The notes beneath the pieces were generated by a model that saw only the letters and a list, made by a program, of their open reading frames with translations, was not told the origin of the DNA and searched no databases. DNA of 64,000 nucleotides. It comes from Marinicella sp. Lineage in GTDB: Bacteria; Pseudomonadota; Gammaproteobacteria; Xanthomonadales; Marinicellaceae. The DNA is taken from positions 2,624,001-2,688,000 of the forward strand of contig OZ246001.1 in NCBI GenBank assembly GCA_965230295.1, in the 5' to 3' direction. The stretch's first letter is position 1, and every line of letters begins with the position of its first letter. This document shows, piece by piece, positions 19,758 to 30,405 of this stretch. A program made the position numbers and the translations under genes.

Positions 19758-20417
19758 ATGATCAAAGTAATGTTGGTAGATGACCATGACATAGTCAGGA
19801 CTGGCATCAGGCTGGTGTTGGAAAAAATGTCAGGTATCAGTATTGTAGGGGAGTGCAATGATGGCTACCAAGCATTGGCAATGGTTGAAAAGGAAAAACC
19901 AGATGTGGTGTTGATGGATGTCAATATGCCACGCATGAGTGGCCTTGAAGCCACCAAAAAAATTACTGACATAGATCCTTATGTAAAAATCATCATCCTC
20001 ACCATCCACGCAAAAAACCCTTATCCCAAACAATTGTTAGATGCCGGTGCCAATGGGTACTTAACCAAAGGTTGTGCGGCCCAAGAGCTAGAAGATTCTA
20101 TCAGGAAAGTCTATGCGGGCCAGCGGTATGTGGGTGCGGACATTGCCCAGCAAATGGCATTGTCGATGTTGCCTGGTGGTCAGAAAGATTCTCCATTTGA
20201 TGCTTTGACCAGTCGAGAAATGGAAGTGATGATGTTGTTGGTGAGGGGGAAGAAGGCCAAAGAAATTGGCAACATCCTTGGGTTGAATGATAAAACAGTG
20301 GCCACTTATAAGTACCGCATTCTAGAAAAGCTTGAAATCAAGAATGACGTTAAATTGACTCATTTAGCCATTCGTCATGGCATCCTGGATCCTAAAGAAA
20401 TTGGTTCTATTGATTAA
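19758..20417 (+). CDS. uvrY: UvrY/GacA-family response regulator (REC + LuxR HTH)
   Basis: VDDHDIVRTG, DVVLMDVNMP, GYLTKGC, SPFDALTSRE, KTVATYKYRILEKL...DVKLTHLAIRHG. Confidence 0.8.
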   Translation: MIKVMLVDDHDIVRTGIRLVLEKMSGISIVGECNDGYQALAMVEKEKPDVVLMDVNMPRMSGLEATKKITDIDPYVKIIILTIHAKNPYPKQLLDAGANGYLTKGCAAQELEDSIRKVYAGQRYVGADIAQQMALSMLPGGQKDSPFDALTSREMEVMMLLVRGKKAKEIGNILGLNDKTVATYKYRILEKLEIKNDVKLTHLAIRHGILDPKEIGSID

Positions 20418-20434
20418 GAACCCAATATCAGTCG

Positions 20435-20470
20435 TTGATTAATCCTGTTAAAGCGTTATAATGCGCGCCC
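20435..20470 (+). promoter_or_regulatory. Sigma70 stringent-type promoter upstream of rpsP
   Basis: TTGATT-16 nt-TATAAT followed by the GC-rich discriminator GCGCGCCC. Confidence 0.7.
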
Positions 20471-20615
20471 TTTGCATGAATTAACACCGTTGAAGTGTGG
20501 TTGGTAGCTTGTGCATGAAAAACAGCAAAAAAAGCTTAAATAATGCTGTTATATTAAGGCGATTTCCTATAAAATTGCCCGTCTTTTTTAGTGCCCTGAA
20601 TTTTAGAGGTAAATT

Positions 20616-20864
20616 ATGGTAAAGATTAAGTTAGTTAGGCATGGCGCCAAGCGTTCGCCTTTCTATAAAGTTGTGGCGACTGATTCACGCTATGCAGGTG
20701 ATGGTAAAGCATTGGAGCGCTTGGGTTTTTTCAATCCCATGGCTCGTGGCCAAGAAGTTAAATTGAACTTGAACTTGGAAAGAATCAACCACTGGGTTGG
20801 TGAAGGTGCACAATTATCTGATCGTGTAGGATCGTTGATTAAACAAGCACAAAAATCTGCTTAA
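20616..20864 (+). CDS. rpsP: 30S ribosomal protein S16
   Basis: [17 protein letters not shown]...ERLGFFNP...GAQLSDRV. Confidence 0.97.
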   Translation: MVKIKLVRHGAKRSPFYKVVATDSRYAGDGKALERLGFFNPMARGQEVKLNLNLERINHWVGEGAQLSDRVGSLIKQAQKSA

Positions 20865-20871
20865 TATTAAA

Positions 20872-21369
20872 GTGGACAATGACTTGATAACGGTAGGTAA
20901 GGTTACCGGTCATTATGGTGTAAAAGGTTGGTTGAAAGTGTATTCATTCACCCAACCCATGGAAAACATTGCGACCTATACCACTTGGGTGGTTGGTGGT
21001 CAGGCAATCAAAGGAATCAAAGCCAAGCGTCATGGTAAAACCATGGTGGCTTATTTTAAAGGTTCGGACAACAGGGAAACTTCGCAACAATACATTGGTG
21101 CGCAGATTCAAATCAACAGTCAGGATCTGCAAGATTTAAAAAGCAACGAGTACTACTGGCACCAGCTGATTGGCCTGTCAGTGGTTGACACCCACGGCTT
21201 GGAGATGGGTGAAGTGGCCTCATTGTTTGAAACTGGCGCCAATGATGTGTTGGTGGTTAAAGATCCAAAGGGTAATGAGCTACTGATACCTTATATATTA
21301 GATCAATACATCATGAATATTGATTTAAGTGCTGGTCAAATGGTGGTGGATTGGGAAGTTGAAGCTTGA
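20872..21369 (+). CDS. rimM: Ribosome maturation factor RimM
   Basis: [33 protein letters not shown]; GTG start. Confidence 0.95.
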   Translation: MDNDLITVGKVTGHYGVKGWLKVYSFTQPMENIATYTTWVVGGQAIKGIKAKRHGKTMVAYFKGSDNRETSQQYIGAQIQINSQDLQDLKSNEYYWHQLIGLSVVDTHGLEMGEVASLFETGANDVLVVKDPKGNELLIPYILDQYIMNIDLSAGQMVVDWEVEA

Positions 21370-22061
21370 TGCGAATTAATGTCATCACCTTATTTCCTGA
21401 AATGGTTAAAGACAGTTTGGCTTATGGCGTGATTGGAAAAGCCATCGACAAGGGATTGTTGGAATTGAACTGTATCAATCCACGTGATTTTGCAGAAAAT
21501 AAGCACAATCGCGTTGATGATAAGCCATTTGGCGGCGGCCCGGGAATGGTGATGATGTACGATCCTTTGCACCGTGCCATGGAATCCATAGGGGATTCAG
21601 GTCAGCAAGGTGATGTGGTGTATATGTCACCACAAGGTAAACAACTGAATCAGAGTCTATGTAATGAATGGGCAAAAAAGTCCTGTTTGACTTTGGTTTG
21701 CGGTCGATATGAAGGCATTGATCAACGATTTGTTGATGAATATGTAGACCAGGAAATTTCTATTGGTGATTATGTCATCAGTGGAGGAGAAATGGCCGCC
21801 TGTGTGGTCATTGATGCCATAGGACGCCAAATTGATGGGGTTCTTGGTGATGGTGAATCAGCTGAAACTGATTCATTCATGAACGGTTTGTTGGGCATTC
21901 CTCAATACACCCGTTCAGAATTGTTGGGACAATCAGGCGTCCCTGATGTTTTGTTGAGTGGTCATCACCAGGCGATAGAAGCTTGGCGACAAGAACAGGC
22001 CATGAAATCAACTCAACTGAAAAGGCCTGATTTATTGGCAGGCACCTCTGAGAGCGAATAG
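21369..22061 (+). CDS. trmD: tRNA (guanine37-N1)-methyltransferase
   Basis: VDDKPFGGGPGMVM, CGRYEGIDQR, SIGDYVISGGE, VPDVLLSGHH. Confidence 0.97.
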   Translation: MRINVITLFPEMVKDSLAYGVIGKAIDKGLLELNCINPRDFAENKHNRVDDKPFGGGPGMVMMYDPLHRAMESIGDSGQQGDVVYMSPQGKQLNQSLCNEWAKKSCLTLVCGRYEGIDQRFVDEYVDQEISIGDYVISGGEMAACVVIDAIGRQIDGVLGDGESAETDSFMNGLLGIPQYTRSELLGQSGVPDVLLSGHHQAIEAWRQEQAMKSTQLKRPDLLAGTSESE

Positions 22062-22104
22062 GCTACTCATGTACCCATAAGAAGATTGTTTAAGAGAAAA
22101 AATC

Positions 22105-22461
22105 ATGAGTGACATCATTAAACAAATTGAAGCTGCCCAGCTGCGCAGTGATTTACCAACATTCAGCCCCGGTGATACCGTTGTGGTTGGTGTTAAAGTT
22201 ATCGACGGCTCACGTGAGCGTGTTCAGAATTATGAAGGCGTTGTGATTGCTGTTAAAAACCGTGGAATCAACTCTGCATTCACAGTAAGGAAAATTTCTT
22301 ATGGTGAAGGTGTTGAGCGTGTGTTCCAAACCCACAGCCCAATGATTGACAATGTGACCGTTAAACGTCGCGGTAAAGTCAGAAGAGCGAAGTTGTACTA
22401 CTTGCGTGGATTGGAAGGTAAGGCTGCTCGTATTACCGAGAAGTTGGATTCTAAAAAGTAA
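22105..22461 (+). CDS. rplS: 50S ribosomal protein L19
   Basis: [30 protein letters not shown]. Confidence 0.98.
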   Translation: MSDIIKQIEAAQLRSDLPTFSPGDTVVVGVKVIDGSRERVQNYEGVVIAVKNRGINSAFTVRKISYGEGVERVFQTHSPMIDNVTVKRRGKVRRAKLYYLRGLEGKAARITEKLDSKK

Positions 22462-22482
22462 TCACTGATAGAGAGAAATATT

Positions 22483-22719
22483 ATGTCAAGAGTATGCCAG
22501 GTTACTGGAAAGAAAACCGCCGTCGGAAACAATGTTTCGCACGCGATGAACAAAACCCGCAGAAGGTTTTTACCTAATTTACAAAACCACCGTTTTTGGG
22601 TGGAAAGCGAAAATAAATGGGTTAAGTTGAGAGTCTCAGCCAAAGGCATGAGAATCATTGATAAAAAAGGTATTGATGCTGTATTGGCTGAAATGCGTCA
22701 TCGTGGTGAGAAGGTGTAA
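22483..22719 (+). CDS. rpmB: 50S ribosomal protein L28
   Basis: [10 protein letters not shown]...[19 protein letters not shown]. Confidence 0.98.
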   Translation: MSRVCQVTGKKTAVGNNVSHAMNKTRRRFLPNLQNHRFWVESENKWVKLRVSAKGMRIIDKKGIDAVLAEMRHRGEKV

Positions 22720-22721
22720 TC

Positions 22722-22889
22722 ATGAGTAACAGCAAAAGAGATAAAATCAAGTTGGTTTCAAGTGCCGGTACCGGTCACTACTACACCACTGATAAAAACA
22801 AGAAAAACACGCCTGACAAAATGGAAATCAAAAAATACGATCCTGTTGTCAGAAAACACGTTGTTTATAAAGAAAAGAAAATCAAGTAA
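22722..22889 (+). CDS. rpmG: 50S ribosomal protein L33 (55 aa; absent from the ORF track)
   Basis: Translated by hand: [55 protein letters not shown]. Confidence 0.97.
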   Translation: MSNSKRDKIKLVSSAGTGHYYTTDKNKKNTPDKMEIKKYDPVVRKHVVYKEKKIK

Positions 22890-22929
22890 TTGATTGTAGT
22901 GTTTGAAGCCAAGTTGCCTTCAAGCTAAA

Positions 22930-23030
22930 AGTCTATCAGGTTCAGAATTCACAGCAGGGTGCTTGTTTGCGAACAAGTTTGCTGTGATTGAATTTGATAT
23001 TGTAATAACCCTAAATACAGGAAAATTAAA
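22930..23030 (+). promoter_or_regulatory. rpsB 5' leader (t44/S2 autoregulatory-like structure)
   Basis: Long stem TATCAGGTTCAG..CACAGCAG / TTTGCTGTG..TTGAATTTGATA with internal GGGTG and downstream ATAACCC, like the GGGU/ACCC elements of S2 leaders. Confidence 0.55.
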
Positions 23031-24032
23031 ATGGCAAAAGTTAATGTCAAACAGCTGCTGGAAGCTGGTGCTCATTTCGGGCACAACACCAGATATTGGA
23101 ATCCTAAAATGGCCCCGTACATCTTTGGCGCCAGAAATAAAATTCATATCATCGATTTAAGAAAAACCGAAGAAATGATGAATGATGCCATGAACTTCAT
23201 GGGCAAAATTGCATCACGTCGCGGTAAAGTGATGTTTGTTGGTACCAAACGCGCAGCCAGCAAAGCGGTTAAAGAAGAAGCCTTGCGTTGTGGCATGCCA
23301 TTTGTCTCTCACCGTTGGTTGGGTGGCATGTTGACCAACTACAAAACGGTCAAAGCTTCGATCAACCGATTGAAAGACATTGAGTCTATGCAAGCTGACG
23401 GCCGCATTGAACGCTTTGTTAAAAAAGAACAACTGAACATGGAACGCGAACGGGTTAAATTGGAAAAAACCCTGGGTGGTATTAAAGACATGAAAGGTTT
23501 GCCGGATGCGTTGTTCATTTTGGATACACGTTATGAGTCAATCGCCATCAATGAAGCCAAAAAGTTGGGTATCCCTGTGGTTGCAGTGGTAGACACCAAC
23601 AACAGCTTCAATGACATTGACTATGTCATCCCGGCCAATGACGATGCCATGAAAGCCATTCGCTTGTATGCGGCCACAGCTGCCGATTCTATTTTAGAAG
23701 GCAAAGCAGCCATGCAAATCAATGTCAAAGAAGAAGCACCTGCCAAAAAAGCCAAACCAGCTGTAAAAGCTGAAGAGGCACCTGCTAAAGAAGCACCAGC
23801 CAAGGAAGCGCCTGCAGCTGAAGAGAAAGTGGTTGAAGAAGCAGCACCTGAAGCGAAAGCAGAAGAAGTTGAAGTTGAAGCGGTTGAAGCAGCAGTTAAA
23901 GAAGAAGCTCCTGCTGAGAAAGTGACCAAGAAAGTCACCAAGAAAAAAACCACTAAAAAGAAAACTACCAAGAAGAAAACAACCAAGAAGAAAACCACTA
24001 AAAAGAAAGTGGCCAAAAAAACTGACGATTAA
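23031..24032 (+). CDS. rpsB: 30S ribosomal protein S2 with ~100-aa low-complexity C-terminal extension
   Basis: [31 protein letters not shown]; tail of EEAPA and KKKTT repeats. Confidence 0.97.
   Translation: MAKVNVKQLLEAGAHFGHNTRYWNPKMAPYIFGARNKIHIIDLRKTEEMMNDAMNFMGKIASRRGKVMFVGTKRAASKAVKEEALRCGMPFVSHRWLGGMLTNYKTVKASINRLKDIESMQADGRIERFVKKEQLNMERERVKLEKTLGGIKDMKGLPDALFILDTRYESIAINEAKKLGIPVVAVVDTNNSFNDIDYVIPANDDAMKAIRLYAATAADSILEGKAAMQINVKEEAPAKKAKPAVKAEEAPAKEAPAKEAPAAEEKVVEEAAPEAKAEEVEVEAVEAAVKEEAPAEKVTKKVTKKKTTKKKTTKKKTTKKKTTKKKVAKKTDD
23940..23999 (+). repeat. Four imperfect 15-nt coding repeats encoding KKKTT
   Basis: AAGAAAAAAACCACT / AAAAAGAAAACTACC / AAGAAGAAAACAACC / AAGAAGAAAACCACT. 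Confidence 0.9.
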
Positions 24033-24059
24033 TTTTCAACCAGTTTGAGATAAATTGAG

Positions 24060-24108
24060 AGTCCGGTCCTTAGTTGAGGAAAGTCTAAACTAAGGGCCGG
24101 ACTATTTT
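24060..24108 (+). terminator. rpsB-tsf intergenic hairpin/attenuator
   Basis: AGTCCGGTCCTTAGTT...AACTAAGGGCCGGACT followed by ATTTTT. Confidence 0.7.
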
Positions 24109-24132
24109 CACATATTGAATGAGGAAAAAAAC

Positions 24133-25011
24133 ATGAGCATTACAGCTTCAATGGTTAAAGAATTACGTGAAATCACCGGTGCCGGCATGATGGAATGTAA
24201 AAAGGCATTGGTGGAAACCAATGGCAATATAGAAGTGGCAATTGAAAACATGAGAAAATCAGGTGCAGCCAAAGCTGCCAAGAAATCTGGTCGTGTTGCT
24301 GCTGATGGTATCATCAAAGTGGCTGCTTCAACAGACCAAAAAACAGCGGTTCTGGTTGAAGTAAACTGCGAAACTGATTTTGTTGCCAAAGACGAAAACT
24401 TTTTGGCATTTACTGATGCCGTGGTCAACACAGCCTTGGCCATTAATGCCACTGATGTAGAGTCAGTCATGGCTGCTGATGTGGACGGCAAAACTTTAGA
24501 ACAGTTAAGAACTGATTTGGTGGCAAAGATTGGTGAGAACATTCAAGTCAGGCGTGTCCAATTGGTAGAAAATGCAAACGGTACTGTTGGTTTTTATTCA
24601 CATGGTAAAAACATCGGTGTTGTGGTTGCAGCCAACGGCGCTGATGAAGAATTGATCAAGGACCTGGCTATGCACATCGCTGCAGCCAACCCTGAGTATG
24701 TTTCAGAAGAGCAAGTACCAGCTGCGCAATTGGAAAAAGAAAAAGAAATTTTGATTGCTCAAGCACAAGATTCGGGTAAGCCTGCAGAAATCATTGAGAA
24801 AATGGTGGGCGGCAGAATCAGAAAGTATTTGGCTGAAATCACTTTGAAAGGTCAGCCTTTTGTGAAAGATCCAGACGTGACTGTTGAGAAATTATTGAGT
24901 GCTAAAAACGCAGATGTGGTAGAATTTGTGCGTTTTGAAGTTGGCGAAGGTATCGAGAAGAAAGAAGATAACTTCGTTGAGGAAGTAATGGCTCAAGCAC
25001 GTGGAAACTGA
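24133..25011 (+). CDS. tsf: Elongation factor Ts
   Basis: [47 protein letters not shown]. Confidence 0.98.
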   Translation: MSITASMVKELREITGAGMMECKKALVETNGNIEVAIENMRKSGAAKAAKKSGRVAADGIIKVAASTDQKTAVLVEVNCETDFVAKDENFLAFTDAVVNTALAINATDVESVMAADVDGKTLEQLRTDLVAKIGENIQVRRVQLVENANGTVGFYSHGKNIGVVVAANGADEELIKDLAMHIAAANPEYVSEEQVPAAQLEKEKEILIAQAQDSGKPAEIIEKMVGGRIRKYLAEITLKGQPFVKDPDVTVEKLLSAKNADVVEFVRFEVGEGIEKKEDNFVEEVMAQARGN

Positions 25012-25726
25012 ATCGATTAAGTACAAAAGAATTCTGCTGAAACTCAGCGGAGAAGCATTGATGGGCGCTGAGGACTATGGTATTGACCCTGAGGTCATCA
25101 ATCGGCTTTCACAAGAAATCGCCCAGGTTCACCGCCTGGGCGTTGAAATAGGTATCGTCATTGGTGGTGGCAACATTTTCCGTGGTGCCGGCTTAAGTAA
25201 GTCAGGCATTGACCGTGTGACTGGTGATCACATGGGGATGCTGGCCACTGTGATGAATTCATTGGCCCTACAAAATGCCTTGGAAAAGCAAGACATAAAA
25301 GTCAGGGTCATGTCAGCCATTGGCATTCACGAAGTATGTGAAGACTACATCCGAAGACGTGCCATCAGGCATCTACAAAAGGGCAACATTACGGTTTTTG
25401 CAGCCGGTATTGGAAACCCGTTTTTCACCACCGACTCTGCGGCCAGCCTGAGGGCCATTGAGATCAATGCCGACATCGTCCTCAAAGCCACTAAAGTGGA
25501 TGGCATTTATTCGGCAGACCCAGTCAAAGACCCCACAGCATTTAAATATGATCATTTGACGTACGATGAAGTGATTGAAAAAAAGTTAGCCGTGATGGAT
25601 ACTTCAGCAGTGGTGCTGTGCCGAGACAGAAAAATGCCCATACGCATCTTCAATATGAATCAAGAGAATGCCCTGATGGAGATCGTCCAGGGTAGCAATA
25701 TTGGTACCGTAGTGACTGCAGAATAA
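25001..25726 (+). CDS. pyrH: UMP kinase
   Basis: [33 protein letters not shown]. Confidence 0.97.
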   Translation: METESIKYKRILLKLSGEALMGAEDYGIDPEVINRLSQEIAQVHRLGVEIGIVIGGGNIFRGAGLSKSGIDRVTGDHMGMLATVMNSLALQNALEKQDIKVRVMSAIGIHEVCEDYIRRRAIRHLQKGNITVFAAGIGNPFFTTDSAASLRAIEINADIVLKATKVDGIYSADPVKDPTAFKYDHLTYDEVIEKKLAVMDTSAVVLCRDRKMPIRIFNMNQENALMEIVQGSNIGTVVTAE

Positions 25727-25736
25727 GGAGAACCCG

Positions 25737-26294
25737 ATGATAGATGAAGTGATTAAAGAAGCTGATCAACGCATGAGTAAAACCATTGAAGCTTTGCACA
25801 ATGAGTTGAAAGGTGTGCGAACAGGCCGTGCCAATACCAGCCTGTTAGATGGTATTATGGTTGATTATTATGGTTCCGCTTCGGCTTTAAACCAAGTGGC
25901 CAATGTGGCGGTACAAGACTCCAGAACTTTGACTGTGACACCCTGGGAAAAAACCATGATTGAGCCCATTGAGAAAGCCATCATGTCCTCTAACCTGGGA
26001 TTGAACCCTGTCAGTGCAGGCATGGTTATCCGCATTCCACTGCCTCCATTGACTGAAGAGAGAAGAAAGGATTTGGTTAAGTTGGTGGGGCAAATTGCAG
26101 AAAACAGCAAGATCGCATTGCGCAACATCCGTCGTGATGCCAATACCCACTTAAAACATATGTTGAATGACAAGGACATCACTGAAGATGATTTACGTGG
26201 TGCCGAGAAAGGTGTACAGGATGTTACCGATAAATTTGTCAAGCAAGTCGATGACGTCATTGCCGACAAAGAAAAGGACCTGATGGAAATCTAA
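25737..26294 (+). CDS. frr: Ribosome recycling factor
   Basis: [30 protein letters not shown]. Confidence 0.98.
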   Translation: MIDEVIKEADQRMSKTIEALHNELKGVRTGRANTSLLDGIMVDYYGSASALNQVANVAVQDSRTLTVTPWEKTMIEPIEKAIMSSNLGLNPVSAGMVIRIPLPPLTEERRKDLVKLVGQIAENSKIALRNIRRDANTHLKHMLNDKDITEDDLRGAEKGVQDVTDKFVKQVDDVIADKEKDLMEI

Positions 26295-26323
26295 ACTTTT
26301 GCATTTGACGAATCTATAACTTT

Positions 26324-27037
26324 ATGAGTATTCAGCACATCGCCATAATCATGGATGGAAACGGGCGATGGGCCACTCAAAGAAAAAGACCACGAACTTT
26401 TGGCCATCAGGCTGGTGTCAAAACTGTCCGTTCAACCATTGAGACCTGTGTTGGTTTAGGGATTCCTTCCCTGACATTATTTGCCTTCAGCAGTGAGAAC
26501 TGGTCAAGACCTGAAAAGGAAGTGCAGCGCTTAATGGATTTATTTATGCGGTCTTTAACCAAAGAAACCCCTGAATTATTGCAACAAGGCGTGCAGCAGA
26601 ACTTCATCGGGGACTTGACTAAATTTTCCAACAAGTTACAGCAAAAAATGGCTGATGTTTCTGAGTTAAAACCTGCCCAACATCGCATGAATCTGAACAT
26701 TGCGGTCAATTATGGTGGCAAGTGGGATGTGGTTCAGGCGGCTAAAAAAATGGCCATTGATCTTGAGACCCAAAAAATTGATTTGGAAACAGTGGATGAA
26801 GCACATTTTGGTTCATACCTGAGTTTGGCGGGTCAGCCAGCAGTGGATATGTTGATCAGAACCGGCGGTGAGCACCGCATATCAAACTTTTTGTTGTGGC
26901 AGATAGCTTATGCCGAAGTCTTCTTTGAAGATGTCTTATGGCCGGATTTCAATGCTGAAGAATTACTCAGGGTGATCGAAAGATTCAACCAACGAGAACG
27001 TCGTTTTGGCCAAACCAGTGAGCAAGTCAATGCTTAA
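26324..27037 (+). CDS. uppS: Undecaprenyl diphosphate synthase
   Basis: HIAIIMDGNGRWA, FAFSSENWSRP, IRTGGEHRISNFLLWQ. Confidence 0.97.
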   Translation: MSIQHIAIIMDGNGRWATQRKRPRTFGHQAGVKTVRSTIETCVGLGIPSLTLFAFSSENWSRPEKEVQRLMDLFMRSLTKETPELLQQGVQQNFIGDLTKFSNKLQQKMADVSELKPAQHRMNLNIAVNYGGKWDVVQAAKKMAIDLETQKIDLETVDEAHFGSYLSLAGQPAVDMLIRTGGEHRISNFLLWQIAYAEVFFEDVLWPDFNAEELLRVIERFNQRERRFGQTSEQVNA

Positions 27038-27827
27038 ACAGAGGATCATAACTGCCGTTCTATTGGCGCCCATATTGTTGTCTTTGGTCATTTACGGTAA
27101 CACCTATTGGTTTGCCTTTTTGATTGCTGTGATTCAATTGGCAGCTACTTGGGAATGGTTAAAAATTTCACAACTACAATCCGGATTGGCTGCTGTTAAT
27201 GCATTGATGCTGACGGTGTTAACACTGTTGTTGGTATTGCTGTGGCCCATCAATCCAATGATATGGGTGGTTATCAATGGAATCATTTGGATGTTGGCCT
27301 TGTTGTGGTTGATGAACCATCGCTGGGGTTATGCAAACACCACCAGCCAGACATTGATCAAAGGACTTTTGGGTGTGATTGCCATCATGGTATTTGCCAT
27401 CTGCATCAACCAAATTCATGCGCTGCCTGATGGTCAATGGCTGACACTTTCATTGTTTTTCTTGATCTGGGTGGCCGACATTGGTGCTTATGTCAGCGGT
27501 AAAACCTTGGGTAAAAACAAGTTAGCCATCAACATCTCCCCAGGAAAAACATGGGAAGGGGTCTTTGGCGCAATGGTCTTCGTCGCCTTGTATGCATTCA
27601 TCATCAGTGGATTCATAGACATTAAATGGTGGCACGCCATATTGATGATGGTTCCAATTGCCCTGTTTTCTGTGGTTGGTGATTTGGCTGCCAGTTTGGG
27701 AAAAAGGCAAGCACAGATTAAGGACAGTTCTAATCTATTACCAGGGCATGGAGGATTTATTGATCGTTTTGACAGCCTCATTGCCGCGGCACCCTTGTTT
27801 GCATTTTTGTTGCCCTTTGTGAAATAA
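27030..27827 (+). CDS. cdsA: Phosphatidate cytidylyltransferase
   Basis: MLKQRIITA start, WVADIGAY, ISPGKTWEG, KDSSNLLPGHGGFIDRFDS. Confidence 0.96.
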   Translation: MLKQRIITAVLLAPILLSLVIYGNTYWFAFLIAVIQLAATWEWLKISQLQSGLAAVNALMLTVLTLLLVLLWPINPMIWVVINGIIWMLALLWLMNHRWGYANTTSQTLIKGLLGVIAIMVFAICINQIHALPDGQWLTLSLFFLIWVADIGAYVSGKTLGKNKLAINISPGKTWEGVFGAMVFVALYAFIISGFIDIKWWHAILMMVPIALFSVVGDLAASLGKRQAQIKDSSNLLPGHGGFIDRFDSLIAAAPLFAFLLPFVK

Positions 27828-27832
27828 CTGAC

Positions 27833-29002
27833 ATGCAAAATGTAGCGGTTTTAGGTGCAACAGGTTCAATAGGTGATTCTACACTGGCGGTTATTCGCAA
27901 GCATCCGGATAAGTTTCAAGTACACACCCTCACCGCCCACAGAAATTCTGAAAAAATCATTCGGTTGATCAATGAGTTCAATCCAAATCATGTGGTCATA
28001 ACTGATCAGAAGGCTTTCGAGCATGTTAGCGATGCAGTTAAAACCCGTTCAAACATTCATTTTGGTGCAGCACAGTTAGATGTCGCTGTCAGTGAGCCTG
28101 AGGTGGATTTGGTGATCGCAGGTATTGTTGGCAATGCCGGCATGTCATCTGTTCTGGCGGCTGTGGTGGCAGGCAAGACTTTGTTATTGGCTAACAAGGA
28201 ATCCATTGTTGCTGCCGGTGAATTGGTCATGCCAATGGCCAAAGAAACAGGTGCCCAAATCATCCCGCTGGATTCAGAACACAATGCCATATATCAATGC
28301 CTGGACAGCCGATATGTGACTGGCAGTAGGCCTGATTATGTCAAAAACATCACTTTGACTGCATCTGGTGGCCCTTTTTGGGAAACACCATACGCCTCAT
28401 TCAGCACCATTACGCCAGCTCAAGCTGTGGCTCATCCCAAATGGGATATGGGGGCTAAGATTTCTGTTGATTCTGCAACCTTGATGAATAAAGGCTTGGA
28501 AGTGATTGAGGCTCATTGGTTGTTTGCGATGCCCAATGCGGACATCAATGTTTTGGTGCACCCACAAAGTATTATCCATTCTATGGTCAATTTCATTGAT
28601 GGTTCAGTGTTGGCACAAATGGGCTGCCCTGACATGCAAATACCCATTGCCCATGGTTTGGGTTTGGGACAACGGTTGGAAAACGATGCGCCATTCCTTG
28701 ATTTAATACAGCACCATCAGTTGACTTTTTACCAGGCAGACACCAATAAGTTCAAATGCCTGCAATTAGCCAGAGAAGCGATCAAAGCGGGTGGCACAGC
28801 ACCAGCTGTTTTGAATGCGGCCAATGAGGTCACGGTGGCGGCATTTTTGGCTGGTCAAATACGATTTGACCAGATTCCTTCATTCAATGATAAAATGATG
28901 AATGAGATAGAATTTGAATCCGTTGAATCCTTACAACAGCTACAATTATTAGATTTGGAAGTGAGGCAAGCCACTTTGGCAGGCATCAAATCGAGCAGTT
29001 AA
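27833..29002 (+). CDS. dxr: 1-deoxy-D-xylulose-5-phosphate reductoisomerase
   Basis: LGATGSIG, LANKES, PLDSEHNA, HPKWDMGAKISVDSATLMNKGLE. Confidence 0.97.
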   Translation: MQNVAVLGATGSIGDSTLAVIRKHPDKFQVHTLTAHRNSEKIIRLINEFNPNHVVITDQKAFEHVSDAVKTRSNIHFGAAQLDVAVSEPEVDLVIAGIVGNAGMSSVLAAVVAGKTLLLANKESIVAAGELVMPMAKETGAQIIPLDSEHNAIYQCLDSRYVTGSRPDYVKNITLTASGGPFWETPYASFSTITPAQAVAHPKWDMGAKISVDSATLMNKGLEVIEAHWLFAMPNADINVLVHPQSIIHSMVNFIDGSVLAQMGCPDMQIPIAHGLGLGQRLENDAPFLDLIQHHQLTFYQADTNKFKCLQLAREAIKAGGTAPAVLNAANEVTVAAFLAGQIRFDQIPSFNDKMMNEIEFESVESLQQLQLLDLEVRQATLAGIKSSS

Positions 29003-29008
29003 GAAATT

Positions 29009-30376
29009 ATGACAACAGTATTAGGCAGTATTTTTTGGTTGATCATCACTTTAGGGGTGCTGGTGACTTTTCATGAGTTAGGTCATTTTTGGGTGGCTCG
29101 ACTGTTTAAAGTGAGGGTGATTCGATTCTGTGTTGGATTTGGCAAGCCCATATGGTCCAGATTTGATAAGCAGGGCACAGAAATAGCAGTGGCCCCAATT
29201 CCTTTGGGAGGTTATGTCAAACTACTGGATGTGCGCGATTGTGACGTGCCTGCCGATCAAATACATGAAACCTATAACCACAAACCCTTCTGGCAAAAGT
29301 TTTCGATCATGATAGCTGGTCCAGCATTTAATTTTATCTTGGCATTTTTCTTGTATTGGTTGATGTTTGTGGTTGGCAAAAATGAGATTCAACCCACCTT
29401 AGGAGAGCCCACAAAATTGATGCACGTGGCTGGGTTCACTAACAAGGACCAGTTGAAAGTCATTGATGACCAAGCCATCAGAACCTGGTCAGATGTGTCT
29501 TTAAGTCTGATAACGGCTGGTATTGACAGGCGAGACGTTGCTGTTGAAGTATTGACCGAGTCGGGTACTATTTTGAATCGAACCTTGCCTTTGTCAATGT
29601 TGGCTGACGATGTGGCTGAAGAAGATATGATTGCGGCCATTGGCTTGCAACCTTATCGCATCCCTGCGCCGGCCATTATGGCGGAATTAGATGCCGATCT
29701 GCCTGCCGCCAAAGCTGGCTTACAGGCTGGTGATGAAATCATCAGAATCAATGATGATCAAGTGACCGATTGGTATGATGTGGCTGAAATTGTTGGCCAA
29801 ATCACCGAAGGCCCCATTCGAGTGGAATTCATTCGAAACCAGACTGTTCAAGCCATTTCAGTGCCTAATTTGATGTCAGATCCTGATGACAGCAGCCGGA
29901 AAGTATTGGGCATCAGACCACAAAGCCCAAGCGAGCAAGACCGCGCTTATTACCGCAGTTTATTCTTTAACTTATCTTATGGGCCCATGGAGTCGGTGCC
30001 TCAGGCTTTTTATCAAATTGGGAAAATCACCAGCAAATCTTTGGAAATGATGTGGAAATTGGTGACCGGAAAAGCTTCAGTAAAGAATTTATCTGGTCCA
30101 ATCACCATTGCTCAAGTGGCCAATGATTCGGCGGCCAGAGGATTTTCTTGGTACCTGTCTTTTTTGGCATTGGTGAGCCTTTCATTAGGCATAATTAACC
30201 TCATGCCCATACCCATGTTGGATGGTGGACAGATGCTATTTTTGATATTTGAAAAAATAAAAGGATCACCTTTGAGTGAGCAATTCGAGATGAAGGCTCA
30301 GTTTATTGGGATGTTTCTGCTAATTTCTTTGATGTCTTTAGCTTTTTATAACGACATTTTAAGGTCAGTGTCTTAA
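29009..30376 (+). CDS. rseP: RIP metalloprotease RseP
   Basis: HELGH, PLGGYV, AGP, PDZ domains, NLMPIPMLDGG. Confidence 0.96.
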   Translation: MTTVLGSIFWLIITLGVLVTFHELGHFWVARLFKVRVIRFCVGFGKPIWSRFDKQGTEIAVAPIPLGGYVKLLDVRDCDVPADQIHETYNHKPFWQKFSIMIAGPAFNFILAFFLYWLMFVVGKNEIQPTLGEPTKLMHVAGFTNKDQLKVIDDQAIRTWSDVSLSLITAGIDRRDVAVEVLTESGTILNRTLPLSMLADDVAEEDMIAAIGLQPYRIPAPAIMAELDADLPAAKAGLQAGDEIIRINDDQVTDWYDVAEIVGQITEGPIRVEFIRNQTVQAISVPNLMSDPDDSSRKVLGIRPQSPSEQDRAYYRSLFFNLSYGPMESVPQAFYQIGKITSKSLEMMWKLVTGKASVKNLSGPITIAQVANDSAARGFSWYLSFLALVSLSLGIINLMPIPMLDGGQMLFLIFEKIKGSPLSEQFEMKAQFIGMFLLISLMSLAFYNDILRSVS

Positions 30377-30405
30377 AATACAAAAAAATAATAAATCAAA
30401 CCTTT

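Noticed and set aside
20463-20560. Possible tRNA after the stringent-type promoter
   Set aside because: No cloverleaf, TTCRA T-loop or CCA end; treated as the rpsP leader.
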